From assembly GCF_963921235.1 (NCBI RefSeq), contig NC_086108.1, forward strand, positions 61,816,001-61,880,000: a stretch of 64,000 bases of DNA. The letters are read 5' to 3'. The notes below the pieces were generated by a model. The model saw only the letters and a list, made by a program, of their open reading frames with translations. It had not been told where the DNA came from and ran no database searches. The translations under genes and the position numbers were made by a program. Of this stretch, positions 39,863-51,560 are shown piece after piece. The stretch's first letter is position 1. Each line of letters starts with the position of its first letter. Source of the stretch: Mobula hypostoma (Eukaryota).

Positions 39863-40724
39863 GAATAATGCAGACTCAAGTGTGCCTTTCCTCCCACTCC
39901 CACCCAAATTGAATTCATCCACATCAATCCAGAAAACTAGCAAGACCTGACATACCATTTAACTGACAACCCAGGAGCAATCTCGGTCATGGTTTGAGAC
40001 ACTGCAGCCATCTTTTCCTACCAAAAAAAAAAGGAAATTAGTCATTTTCATATGAGATATGGGAAGAAACCTAGCGAATACAGAAGAGTTTAATCAGGCA
40101 AATTGAAAACGGAAAATGCTGTAAATACTCAGCTGATCAGGCTGCAGCTCTCAGAAGGAATACAGAGGTAACATTTCATGTTCAAGATCCCTCAGTCAGA
40201 ACTTGTACAGAGAAGAAGCTTGGTTAGCTACAGGGAGGGTGGGAGAGGGATATATTTGACAGGGTAAAACCAAGCTGACAAAACACCTTTTCTAGCAAGG
40301 CATCTTCCACCTGAAAAGTTGCCTCTGTTTTTCTTCCTACAGATGTTCTCCGATCTGCTGAGTATTTACAGCATTTTCTGGGCTTTTTTTTACTTTAGAT
40401 TTCACCACAATATTTTTTGGTAATTTCAGTTTATCCAGGCAACCCCGTAATTGACTAGCCATTCCCACAAGAAGACAAGTGAACTTAGATTTTCAAAGGT
40501 ATGAATAGTCGCATCATTAGCATTATTTACTCCTTCAGGAGGTACATACAAAGTCAATCAACCTCGGTACAACGACGGACGTGCAAGACCATAAAGATTC
40601 ACCACATGTCCTCCATCCTAAAGATACAGACAATGGAAGCAACATGCCAGACATATAGTTCATCAAGCAGTAGATCAGGTCAATACTTTGCATGTCTGCC
40701 ATATCTAATTATGAACGGTGAAGG

Positions 40725-40960
40725 ACAGCACAGAGGTGCAGCTGGTAGAGATGCTGTCTAGCTACTGCAGTGACCCAAGTTCAGTCCTGAGCACCACACC
40801 ATCAGTGTTGTTTGCCTGGGTGTCCATACGGGTTTCCTTTGAATGCTCCGGTTTATTCCCACATCCCAAAGAGCTGTAGGTTGGAATGTGTTAATGACCA
40901 CTGGAAATTTCCTCTGATGAATGGTAGAGCATAGAGAGAGTTCACATGGAGCGCTTGAAC
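40725..40960 (+). mobile_element. V-SINE-like SINE, degenerate
   Basis: tRNA-like head, then GGGTTTCCTTTGAATGCTCCGGTTTATTCCCACATCCCAAAGA V-domain. Confidence 0.65.
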
Positions 40961-40964
40961 AGTA

Positions 40965-43900
40965 GCCAAGTGGAGTTGAGCGGTGAAAAGCTAACAGTGT
41001 CTTCACCCAGGCCAGGGAGGGAACTTTAAAAATCAATGCTTTATTGCCAGTTTCTTGGAGCTTGAAAAGTAGCCAATCGGAGCTCAGAGGAGAAAGCAAC
41101 AGCGTCTTTATCCAGGCTGAGGAGAGACCTTTAAACGTCAGCGCTTCCTAACCAGTTTTTCAAAGCTTGAGCAGCAGCTAATTGGAGTGAACAAGGTCAA
41201 GTGAAAATAAGGCACTGGCAAGTGGAGTGGGGCAGTGTTGTTGGGGGGGAGACCTTTGGCTTTGTTTCAAGAGGCTTGGGCGACAACAGGCATGGGCGGC
41301 GTACATAAGTATCTGGTAAGCTTTCTCCTTGCTGGTCCTTCATCTGTAAGTGTATATTTGGGGCAGTAAGAATGACTCCAGGGGCTGGTGTTTTGTTCTT
41401 TTGTGTGAGATGGAATTCTGGGAGACCTCCAGCCTCCCGGGTAAGCACATCTGCTCCAGCTGCACCAAGCTGCAGCTCCTCGGAGAACGTGTTGAAGCTG
41501 CAACTCAATGACCTTCATCTCATAAGGGAAAGTGAAGAGCTAATAGATAGGAGATACAGGGAGGTAGTCACCACTAGATTGCAGGAGGCAGGTGAACAAG
41601 TGACTGGCAGGAGAGGGAAGGGAAATAGTCAGTCAGTACAGAGTACCCCTTTGGCCATTCCTCTCAATAACATGTTGGGTACTGTTTGGGGGGGGATGAC
41701 CTACACTGGGGGATCCGTTTAACCAAGTCTCTGGCACAGAGTCTGGTTCTGTGGCTCAGAAGGGTAGGGGGCAGAGGAGGAATGCTGCGTTGCTAGGAGA
41801 TGTCATAGTCAGAGGAGTAGATAGGAGAGACTGTGGATGCAATAGAGAGACCCAGATGGTTTGTTGCCTCGCAGGCCCTAGGTTCAGGGACATCTTTGAT
41901 CATGTCCACGACATTCTAAAGGAGGAGGATGAGCAGCCAGACCTCCTGGAACATACTGGTACCAATGACATAGGAAGAAAAAGAGAGGAGGTCCTAAAGA
42001 AAGAATTTAGAGAGCTAGGTAGAAAGCTGAAAAGCAAGAATTGGATGATTTGGCAGATGAATAGATAGTTGAGGAACTGGTACAGGAAACAGGCTTTCAG
42101 ATTTATGGATCATTGGGATATCTTCTGGGAAAGGTAGGACCAGCACAAAAGGGACAGCCTACACCTGAACCTAAGGGGGACAAATATCCTTGCGGGCATG
42201 TTTGCTAAAGCTTTTGGGGTGGATTTAAACTAATATCATAGGGAGATGGGATCTGAGATGATAAGGATGTTGGTTTACAAGCAGAGGTAATGTACAGTGA
42301 GCCTGTCAGGAAGGACAAGCAGATGACAGGGAAAAATTGCAGTCAGTGGGATGGGTTACATTATAAAAGGGGGACAAAATTTTAAAAGGTGACAAATGCA
42401 GGACTGGAGATATTATATCTGAATGCATACATTATAGAAAAATAAGGTAGATGTCCTTTGAAGTACATTTAGAGATTGGCAGGTATGACATTGTGTGTAT
42501 CATGGAGTTATGGTTGAAAGAAGATTGTAGTTGAGAGCTTAATATCCAAGAATATACAATCTACCAAAAGGAAGAGCGGGTAGGCAAAGGAGGAGGAGTG
42601 GTTCTGCTGGTTAAAAAAAAAATGAAATCAAATCTTTAGATAGAGGTGACATAGGACCGAAAGATGTAGAATCCTTGTGGGTAGAGTCAAGAAACTGCAA
42701 GTGTAAGAAGACCCGGATGGGAGTTATATACAGGCCTCTGAATAGTAGCCAGGATGTGATCTACAAACTACAACTGGTTTAGAAAAAGCATGTCAAAAAG
42801 ACAATGTTACGTTAGTCACAGGGCAATTTCAATATGCAGGTAAATTGCGAAAATAAAGTTGATGCTGGATCCCGCGAGAGAATTTGTGGAGTGCCTCCGA
42901 GATGGCTTTTTGGAGCAGCCTGTGGTTGAGCCCACTAAGAGATCAGCAATTCTGGAATGGGTGCTGTGTAATAAACCAGACATGATCAGGCGGTTTCAGG
43001 TAATGGAAACAGTGATCATAATATGATAGAATTCACCCTGCAATTTGACAGGGAGAAGCTAAAGTCAGAAGTATCAGTATTACAGAGGAGCTTAGGAGGG
43101 ATAATGGCGCCTAACGACAACTCCTTTGCTTGCACCTTCAGAAACCGCTCTAGTTCCACCTTTAGTATCTTTATATTTTTCCTTTCAGGGTTCTTTTGAA
43201 GACCCTGACCTGGAGTTACATGTAGGCTCCAGTTCTTTGCGGGAATGGGACCCATTCTCGGGGTTCCACGACTGGCCAATGTTCGACATGCCAAGGTTTC
43301 GGCCTGAGAGTCTTATGTTCGGAAGCCTAAGAACTCGGGACTCTGGAGACGGGCAGATCGAGGGTCGGCGTCACAGCAGGAGACTTGTGTGTCGTCGGGG
43401 AGGCCGGAAAATCTTTCACTGTGGGCGTGAAGACCCGAGGTCTTTGTGATCTTCGGACACAGAGCTCGAAAAAAGCAACGAAACGGACTTTTAACATCAT
43501 AAACCGGTGGGTTGTTGTTATGTCTCCCGCTCACTGTGAAAATGGGGGGACACCTCCCTCTCCCTTGCCAGGGAGAGAGAGAACTTTTAGTTTGTTGATT
43601 GTCAGATGAAATGCGAAGCCTTTGGTCTATGTCTTTGTTATTGCTCAGCACTTGTTGGGCGCAGTGACGGTACCGATGCGCCTTTTTTTTGCTGGTGGGA
43701 GGGCAGGGGATTGTTGCTTGCTGCTGCTTATGTGCGGGGGGGGAAATGGGAGGAACTTTGGGGTTCTCACGTTTAACTGTCATTCATTCTTTGGAGCACT
43801 CCTCTGTTTCCTTGGATGTTTGCGAAGAAAAAGCATTTCAGGATGTATATTGTATACATTTCTCTGACATTAAATTTGACCTTTGAACCTTTGAATTTAA

Positions 43901-44340
43901 TAGCATGAGAGAAAAGCTAGTCAAAACTGACTGGAAAGGGACACTAACACAGATGGCGGCAGAGCAGCTATGGCTGGAATTTCTGGGAGCAATTCAGAAG
44001 GCGCTGAATAGATACATCCCAAAGAAGAGTAAATATTTTGAAGGCAGGATGATGCAACCTTCACTGACGAGGGAAGTCAAAGCCAACATAAAAGCTAAAG
44101 AGAGGGCATATAATAGAGCAAAAATAGTGGGAAGTTAGAGGATCAGGAAATTTTTAAAAACCAACAGAAGGCAACTAAAAGGACCATAGGGGAGGAAAGG
44201 ATGAAATATGAAGGTAAGCTAACCAATAGTATCAAAAATGAAACCAAAAGTTTTTTCAGATATATAAGGAGTAAAAGAGAGGCAAGAGTAGATATTAGAC
44301 CATTGGAAAATGATGCTGAAGAGATAGTAGCAGGGGACAA
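40965..44340 (+). mobile_element. CR1 LINE 5' half: 5'UTR, ORF1 SGNH esterase, ORF2 AP endonuclease and linker; interrupted
   Basis: ORF 41751-42068 LLGDVIVRG...HTGTNDIG (GDS and GxND blocks); APE remnants 42400-43080; FFRYIRSKR linker. Confidence 0.85.
43094..43895 (+). mobile_element. Unclassified non-autonomous retroposon inserted in CR1
   Basis: Interrupts contiguous CR1 sequence; starts AGGAGGGATAATGGCGCC, CpG-rich, ends ATTAAA...CCTTTGAACCTTTGAA. Confidence 0.65.
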
Positions 44341-44344
44341 GGTA

Positions 44345-44900
44345 CTTTGCATCAGTCTTCACCTCAAAAGCTTTGGGCCCATATCTCAGAAAAGGTATGT
44401 TGTCATTGGAGAGAGTCTAGAGGAAGCTTGAGGATGATTCCAGAAATGAAAGGGTTAATATACGACGAGCATTTGGCAGCTTTGGGCCTGTATTCACTGC
44501 AGTTTAGAAGAATGCATGGGGATCTCATTGAAACCTACCAAATGCTGAAAGGACTAGATAAAGTGGATGTGGAGAGAACATTTCCTATGGTGGGGTGTCC
44601 AGAACTAGAGGGCACAGCCCCAAACTTGAGGGGCAATCCTTTCAAATACAAGTAAGGAGGAATTATTTTAGCCAGAGAGTGGGGAATCTGTGGAATGCTC
44701 TGCCTGAGACAGCTGTGGAGATCAAGTCCATGGGTATATTTAAAGCTAAAATTGATAGTTTCCTGATTGGTCAGAGCACCAAAGGTTATGATGAGAAGGC
44801 AGGTGTACGAGGTTGAGTGGGAACTGGGATCAGCCATAATAGAGTGATGGAGAAGATTGATGGGCTGAATGGCCTAATTCTGCTATGTCTTATGGTCTAA
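44345..44900 (+). mobile_element. CR1 LINE 3' end
   Basis: LGLYSLQFRRMHGDLIETYQMLKGLDKVD; GTCTTATGGTCT tail. Confidence 0.85.
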
Positions 44901-44994
44901 GACAGAGGTCCCCAACCTTTTTTGCACCGCGGACCAGTTTAATATTGACAATATTCTTGCGGACCGGCCGACCGGTGGGGGGGAGGTGTTCAAG

Positions 44995-45655
44995 TAGGGT
45001 TAAACTCACCTCAACATGTCTTTTACAGCTAGGGTTGCCAACTTTCTCACTCCCAAATAAGGGACAAAAGTAGCAGTCAAATCCTGACGAAGGGTCCCGG
45101 CCCGAAACGTCGACTGTACCTCTTCCTATAGATGCTGCCTGGCCTGCTGCGTTCACTAGCATTTTTTGTATGTGCTGACAGGACACTTGTGTTTACCCCA
45201 AGAAAGACTTCCATGACCATGAAGCCTTGCGCCGGCACCTGTGTGAGCATGCGTGACTTGCGCATGCGCGTACGTGCTGATTTTTTTCCCCACATAACGG
45301 TTTTGGCTTAATCTTCCCAACTACACTGTACATACATTATTTCTACTTTATATAGGCTGTGTATTTATCATATCATTCCTGCTTTTACTGTATGTTAGTT
45401 TTATTTTAGGTTTTATGTGTTATTTGGTATGATTTGGTAGGTTATTTTTTTGGGTCTGGGAACGCTCAAAAATTTTTCCCATATAAATTAATGGTAATTG
45501 CTTCTTCACTTTACACCATTTCAGCATGAAAGGTTTCATAGGCACGAACTACCTTAGCAGGGGAAATACGGGACAAGGGCGGTCCCGTATGGGACAAATT
45601 AATTTGGCCCAATATACGGGATGTTCCAGCAAATACGGGACAGTTGGCAACCCTA
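44995..45655. mobile_element. Nested hAT (Blackjack-like) MITE
   Basis: Perfect TIR TAGGGTTGCCAAC (45030-45042) and GTTGGCAACCCTA (45643-45655); subterminal (C)GGGAC repeats; outer TAGGGTT at 44995 with TSD TGTTCAAG/TCTTCAAG. Confidence 0.75.
45074..45116 (+). ncRNA. Minimal type I hammerhead ribozyme motif, best-preserved copy
   Basis: CTGACGA (45084-90), A, stem II GGGTCCCGGCCC, GAAAC, GTC (45109-11), GACTG; all core nucleotides intact; lies in a ~92-bp PLE tail fragment 45083-45174. Confidence 0.72.
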
Positions 45656-45750
45656 TCTTCAAGTTCAATAGTGCGTGACAAGGAATGAGGAAAGGTGCAG
45701 CTGACTCATATCATTTTCTCGCAGCCTGGTAGCACATGCTTTGTGGCCGC

Positions 45751-46071
45751 GGACCAATACCGGGCCGCGAAGCATGCAGTGGTGCAGTGGTAGCCGGGAC
45801 GCACCCAACACATCTTTAAGAAAAAAGCCAAAATAAACAAGCTAATTAGTTAGGTGCCACCCGGCATGTAAATGTCAGCCCAGATCAGAAGCAATTGCTG
45901 ATTTCACTTGCTCTACGAAATCAGCAATCGCCTCTGATCTATGCCAACATTTACGTGCCGGGCGGCACCTAATTAATTAGCTTGCTTATTTCGGCTTTTT
46001 TCTTAAATATGTGCTGGGTACGTCCTGCCTAACACTGCACCCCTGCATGCTTCGCGGCCCGGTATTGGTCC
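45751..46071. repeat. Long inverted repeat (foldback) inside the hAT element
   Basis: Arms 45751-45905 and 45917-46071 are near reverse complements around an 11-nt spacer ACTTGCTCTAC. Confidence 0.92.
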
Positions 46072-46585
46072 ATGGCCCGGAGGTTTGGGACTACTGGTCT
46101 AAGGCACTATTAGTAAGCTGGAAGTTCAAGAGTCAAGGGGCAGAAGTGAGTGCGGTTGCTATTACTTGGGAGATGGTACTTTAGAAAATGAAAGATCTGA
46201 AGGTAGATGAGCCACCAGGATCTGAAGGACTACACCCCAGGATTTTAAAAGAGATAGCTGAAGAGATTGTGCAGGCATTACTATAGTAATGATCTTTCAA
46301 AAATCAGTAGATTCTGGCATGGTTCCAGAGGGCTGGAAAATTGCAAATGTCACTCCACTCTTTAAGAAGGGAGGAAGGCAAAAGAAAGGAAATTATAGGC
46401 CAGTTAACCTGACCTCAGTGGTTGGGAAGATGTTGGAGTCAATTGTTAAGGATTGGTTTCAGGGTGCTTGGAGACACGTGACAAAATGGGCCAAAGTCAA
46501 TATGGTTTCCTTAAGGGAAAATCTTACCTGATAAATCTATTGAAATTCTTTGAAGAAATAACGAGCAGAGTAGACAAAGGAGAAT

Positions 46586-47210
46586 TTCTGATTATGAAGA
46601 CACGCAGTCCTCTTTTATTGTCATTTAGTAATGCATGCATTAAGAAATGATACATTATTTCCTCCAGTGTGATATCACAAAACACAGGACAAACCAAGAC
46701 TGAAAAAACTGACAAAACCACATAATTATAAAATATAGTTACAAACAGTGTAACAATACCATAAGTTGATGAAGAAGTCCGTGAGCACAGTAAAGTTCAA
46801 AGTTTCTCAAATGTCCCACATCTCATGCAGACGGGAGAAGGAAGAAAAACTCTCCCTGCCATGCTGACCACAATCCGACTCTGAGTCATCCGAAAACTTC
46901 GAGCTCTGATCAGCTCTCCGACACCGAGTACTGAGCGCCATCTCTGTCCGAACGATTCGACCTCTTTCTCAGTCGCCAACAGCAGGCAAAGCCGGGGGTT
47001 TTGAGGCCTACCCTCCGAAAGATTCCCAACCACACAGTAACGACAGCAGTGAACGAGCGTTTCAGAAATTTCTCCAGATGTTCCTCTGTGCTTTCATGTC
47101 CATTCTCCATCAAATCAGAATTGTCCACGGCCCCTATTTAACAGATACGATATCATTTTCACCGGAGGGCTGCGCACGCGCAGGCACGCCACCATCTTCT
47201 CCTCCCGCCT
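46586..47210 (-). mobile_element. Unclassified non-autonomous retroposon inserted in CR1
   Basis: Interrupts the CR1 RT; minus strand starts AGGCGGGAGGAGAAGATGG, CpG-rich 5' part, AATAAA near the 3' end. Confidence 0.65.
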
Positions 47211-47654
47211 ATATTGGTGGTGGAATTGGAGGATGTTATGTACTTTTCAGAAGGCACTTGACAAGGTGCCATACATGAGGCTGCTAAACAAGATAAGTAA
47301 CCAAGGTATTACAGGAAAGATACTAGCATGGACAGAGGACTGGCTGATTGACAAGGTGAAAAGAGTGGGAATAAAGGGATCCTTTTCAGATTGACTGGCA
47401 GTGACAAGTGCTGTTCCACAGGGATCTTTGTTGGGATTACTTCTTTTAACGTTGTATGTCAATGATTGGGATGATGAAATTGATGACTTTGCAGTCAAAT
47501 TTGCAGACGATATGAAGATAGATGGAAGAGCAGGTAGTGTTGAGTAAGCACAGATGCTGCAGGTTAGGAAGAATGGCCACAGAGGCTGCAGATGGAATAC
47601 AACGTTGGGAAGTGTGTGGTCAGGGACTTTGGTAGAAGGAATAAAAGCATACAC

Positions 47655-49078
47655 CATCCCTTCCCACTAATCTGCCTCCAGGCCTTATCCCTGCAAACAG
47701 CCTAAGAGCTACACCTGCTGATACACTTCCTCCCTCACCTCCATTCAGGGCCTGAAACAGTCCCTCCAGATGAGGCAATACTTCACCTGCGAATCTGCTG
47801 GGGTCATCTATTGCATCCGTTAACTCTCAACATGGCCTCCTCTATGTTGGTGAGACCCATCGTAAATTGGGGAACCGCTTCATCGAGCACCTCCGCACCA
47901 TCCGCCACAAGCAGGACTTCCCTGTGGTCAAATATTTTAATTCCGATTCCCACTCCCACATGATGGAGGAGCAACACCTTATATTCCTTCTGGGTAGCCT
48001 CCAACCTGATGGCATGAATATCAATTTCTCCATCCAGTGAACATATTCCACCCCCACCCCACGCCTCTCTATTCTCCACTTCAACCTTTCACTTTTTCTC
48101 ACCTGCTTATTTCTTCCCCTGGGTTCTCTCCTCCTTCCCTTTCTCCTATTGTCTGCTCTCCTCTCCTATCAGATCCTTTCTTCGCAAACAAGAGGAATTC
48201 TGCAGATGCTGGAAATTCAAGCAACACACATCAAAGTTGCTGGTGAACGTCCGGTGCTCCCAATGTGGCCTTTTATATATTGGCGAGAGCCGACACAGAC
48301 TGGGAGACCATTTTGCTGAACACCTATGCTCTGTCCACCAGAGAAAGCAGGATCTCCCAGTCGCCACACATTTTAATTCCACATCCCATTCCCATTCTGA
48401 CATGTCTATCCATGACCTCCTCTACTGTAAAGGTGAAGCCACACTCAAGTTGGAGGAACAACACCTTATATTCCATTTGGGTCGCCTCCAACCTGATGGC
48501 ATGAACATTGACTTCTCTAACTTCCGCTAATGCCCCACCTCCCGCTCGTACCCCATTCGTTAATTATTTTTATACACACATTCTTTCTCTCACTCTCCTT
48601 TTTCTCCCTGTCCCTCTGACTATACCCCTTGCCCATCCTTTGGGTTCCCCCCTGACTTTTCCTTCTCCCTGGGCCTCCTGTCCCATGATCCTCTCATATC
48701 CCCTTTGCCAATCACCTGTCCAGCTCTTGGCTCCAGCCCTCCCCCTCCTATCATTTTGGATCTTCCCCTCCCCCTCTCAAATCTCTTACTAACTCTTCTT
48801 TTAGTTATTCCTGAAGAAGGGTCTCGGCCTGAAACATTGACTGTACCTCTTCCTAGAGATGCTGCCTGGCCTGCTGCGTTCACCAGATCCTTTCTTCACC
48901 AGCTGTTGACCTTTCCCACCCTCCTGGCTTCACCTATCACCTTCCAGCTAGCATCTTTCCCTTTCCCCCCGCCTCTCAGTCTTGATGAAGGACCTCAGCC
49001 CAAAACATTGACTGTTTATTCTTTTCCATAGATGCTGCCTGACCTGCTGAGTTCATCCAGCATTTTGTGTGTGTTGCA
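47655..49078 (+). mobile_element. Penelope-like 3' fragment hosting a nested PLE
   Basis: GVIYCI...LYVGET GIY-YIG remnant (~47800-47860); 3' part continues after the nested insert at 48898-49078. Confidence 0.8.
48184..48883 (+). mobile_element. Younger Penelope-like insertion with inverted 5' terminal repeat
   Basis: Inverted terminal piece 48184-48249; ORF RCSQCGLLYIGESRHRLGDHFAEH...LEEQHLIFHLGRLQPDGMN; hammerhead motif 48811-48843; 14-bp TSD CAGATCCTTTCTTC at 48170-48183 and 48884-48897. Confidence 0.88.
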
Positions 49079-51384
49079 TAGACTATTTTCCAAATATGGA
49101 GAAAATTCAAAATTCTGAAGTGCAAAGGGATTTGGGTTTTCTCGTACAGGATTCTGTAAAGGTTGAATTGGTGGTGAGGACGGAAAGTCCTCACCATTTT
49201 CCATATAACTCATCACATTGTACCGGGTCAAAACTCTTAAACTCCCTGTTGATCAGCATTGTGGTACTAAACTAGGAGGTGATGGCTCCCCTTAACAAGG
49301 GCAAAAGCAATGAATAATGACCTTTGCAGCAATGGCCACAACCTGTAAACGAATATAGTAGTACATGCTGTTCTCAAAAATAGAAAGAATTCAATGGGTC
49401 AAACTCACACCCAATCAGAGTATTCCCCGTCAGCAGCAATTTAGTAATACAGCATTGTTAATATTGCTATAGAGCAGCTCCTGCTCATTAATTAGCCAGC
49501 AATTATAAATCTAACTGGGACATTTGGAATCAGACCTTAATATATTCTTAATCCAAACATTGACAAAGCTAGCTGAGGTGAGATTAACCGTCCTTAACAT
49601 TAAGGCAGCTTTTAATCAAGCGTGGAGCTCTGGTGAAAATGAAGGAGGAGGAAAAAGAAAGGGAAATCTCTCTATTGGCCAGTCACACCCAGCAACTGAA
49701 AATTAATAGCGATTTTAATTGCCATTTATCAGAATCAGAATCAGGTTTAATATCATCGTCGTAGAATATGTTATGAAGTTTGTTGTTTTGTTGCAGCAGT
49801 ACATTACAATACAAGATAATATGCACTTCATTTGTATCACTCAGAAAATGGAGTGTTTGCATTCTTCTTGGTAGGGCAGTTATAATCTGTTATGAATGGA
49901 CCTCACTTCATCAAATTACCAAAGCTGATGAAATATTATTGACCTGAAATGTTTTGCCCTCCCATAGATGTTACCTGACCTGCTGAATATTTCCAACATG
50001 TTATGCTTTATTTCATTTCTCCACAATCTGCAGTATTTTGCTTTTGATTGATTGTCCCCATTACATTTATCATGCTACTGCATATTTTTCCTTCCCACAG
50101 TTTATATCACCACTTTGAAAAGCATTTCTTAGCATCTGCATCATACAGTCTTGACTGTACTTCTCTGCTTCAAGTATCTTTTGCAACCTTCTGGAAGTCA
50201 GCTGCTGCGGGAACCGCTGCCCCCTATTGCCACTTCCTTCCCATATCAGCTGACTGGGTAATGTGCAGATTTGGCTCGCAGGTCATATTCCCCTATAGAC
50301 TCACTGTCCAACCTGATGGTATTGAGCCTCCTGCAACACCACCAAGCCCTGCTCCATGCTGCAATCAGTTTCTCCCTCAGAATTAAAGCTGGGGCGAATA
50401 ATGTAATCCTGCATGCATATCTAGGTTTGAGGAGAGGTCTGCGTCTGAGGCCCACACAGCAGCCATAAAGCTTATTTGCTCATAAACTGGCACAAGGGCC
50501 TTTGTTTTGCTTACTCCACCATTGAAGAAAGATCAGCTATTCTGTGGATCAGGTTGAGCAATGGCTGAGAGAGGATAGATGTGTAATTAATGAGGGGGAA
50601 TTGGTCATAAAGTGGAGGAGAGGGGAGGGGGAAGGAAGGGGGAAAGGGGGGAGAGGAGGATAGATTTGCAACAGAGGGAGTGCAATGAAAGTTGACAGGA
50701 TTTGGTTTATCACAGAAAGAGAGACTACGGCTGAATTTTCTTGTAATTCAAAGAATGAGAGGTGATCTTATAACATGCAAAATTCTTAAAGAGCTTAACA
50801 TCTAGATGTGGAGCTGATATTTCCCATGGCAGTTTCTATAACCAGGGTCAATCTCAAAATAAAGGGTCAACTACTTTAGGACATAGATGTGGAGGAATTT
50901 TTTTCACACATGGAAAGTAAGTCATTGGAATTCTCAACCCAAAAAGTGTCATGGAGACTGAGTCACTGAGCATATGGAAGACAGGTAGATGGATTTGGTA
51001 TTAAAGAAACCAAGGGACATTGGGATGATGCAGGAAAGTGGCACTGAGAAAAAGGATAAGTCATGATATTACTGAATGTCAGAAGTATGGGGTGAAATAG
51101 TGTTCACCGCAGATTCCCCAGCCCCTGGCCTGCTCTTGTAGACATAATATTTATATAGCTGCCTCGGGTGACTTTCTCATTAACAGTATTGGTGGGGGAC
51201 CTCATGGTGGTAATATGATTGAAAGTCAAAATGTAAGTGATTACATTGTTGGGATGACATTCACTTGTCGACCTGTGGTGCACACACTGCTTGACAAATA
51301 ACAGCAAGTGCCTGATTGTTGTATAGCTTTGTTCCCATACAGGGACTGCCTGTTCCAACTGATCCGTTGCAAATGGAATTAAAC

Positions 51385-51560
51385 ATTGTGCACTTATAAA
51401 TTTTCAAATGTCAGTGCCCCAGCAATCTCCTTACTTGCTTCTTTCAGTATTCTGGGATATTTAACATCAAGCCCTGGGGATTTATCCACCTTAATGTTTT
51501 TCAGAAGACCCAGCACAACCTCCTCCTTAATCTCAATGTGCCAGCATTGGACATATTGCA
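51385..51560 (-). mobile_element. CR1 internal fragment
   Basis: EEVVLGLLKNIKVDKSPGLDVKYPRILKEA in minus ORF 51394-51684. Confidence 0.8.

Larger units (their letters stand above)
44903..46096. mobile_element. Non-autonomous hAT (Charlie-like) DNA transposon with nested inserts
   Basis: TIRs CAGAGGTCCCCAACC and GGTTTGGGACTACTG; 8-bp TSD GTCTAAGA (44895-44902) and GTCTAAGG (46097-46104). Confidence 0.85.
46105..49180 (+). mobile_element. CR1 RT region, interrupted by three insertions
   Basis: WKIANVTPLFKKG...NYRPVNLTSVVGK (ORF 46289-46531); VPQGS and KFADD remnants at ~47410-47515; resumes at ~49079. Confidence 0.82.

Noticed and set aside
40501..40761. ORF or exon candidate before the SINE
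   Set aside because: No recognisable protein in any frame and no good donor site.
49925..49955. Old CTGATGAA...GAAA motif, and similar ones near 9915, 18070 and 28790, as ribozymes
   Set aside because: Stems or core are too degraded; these are remnants of older terminal repeats.
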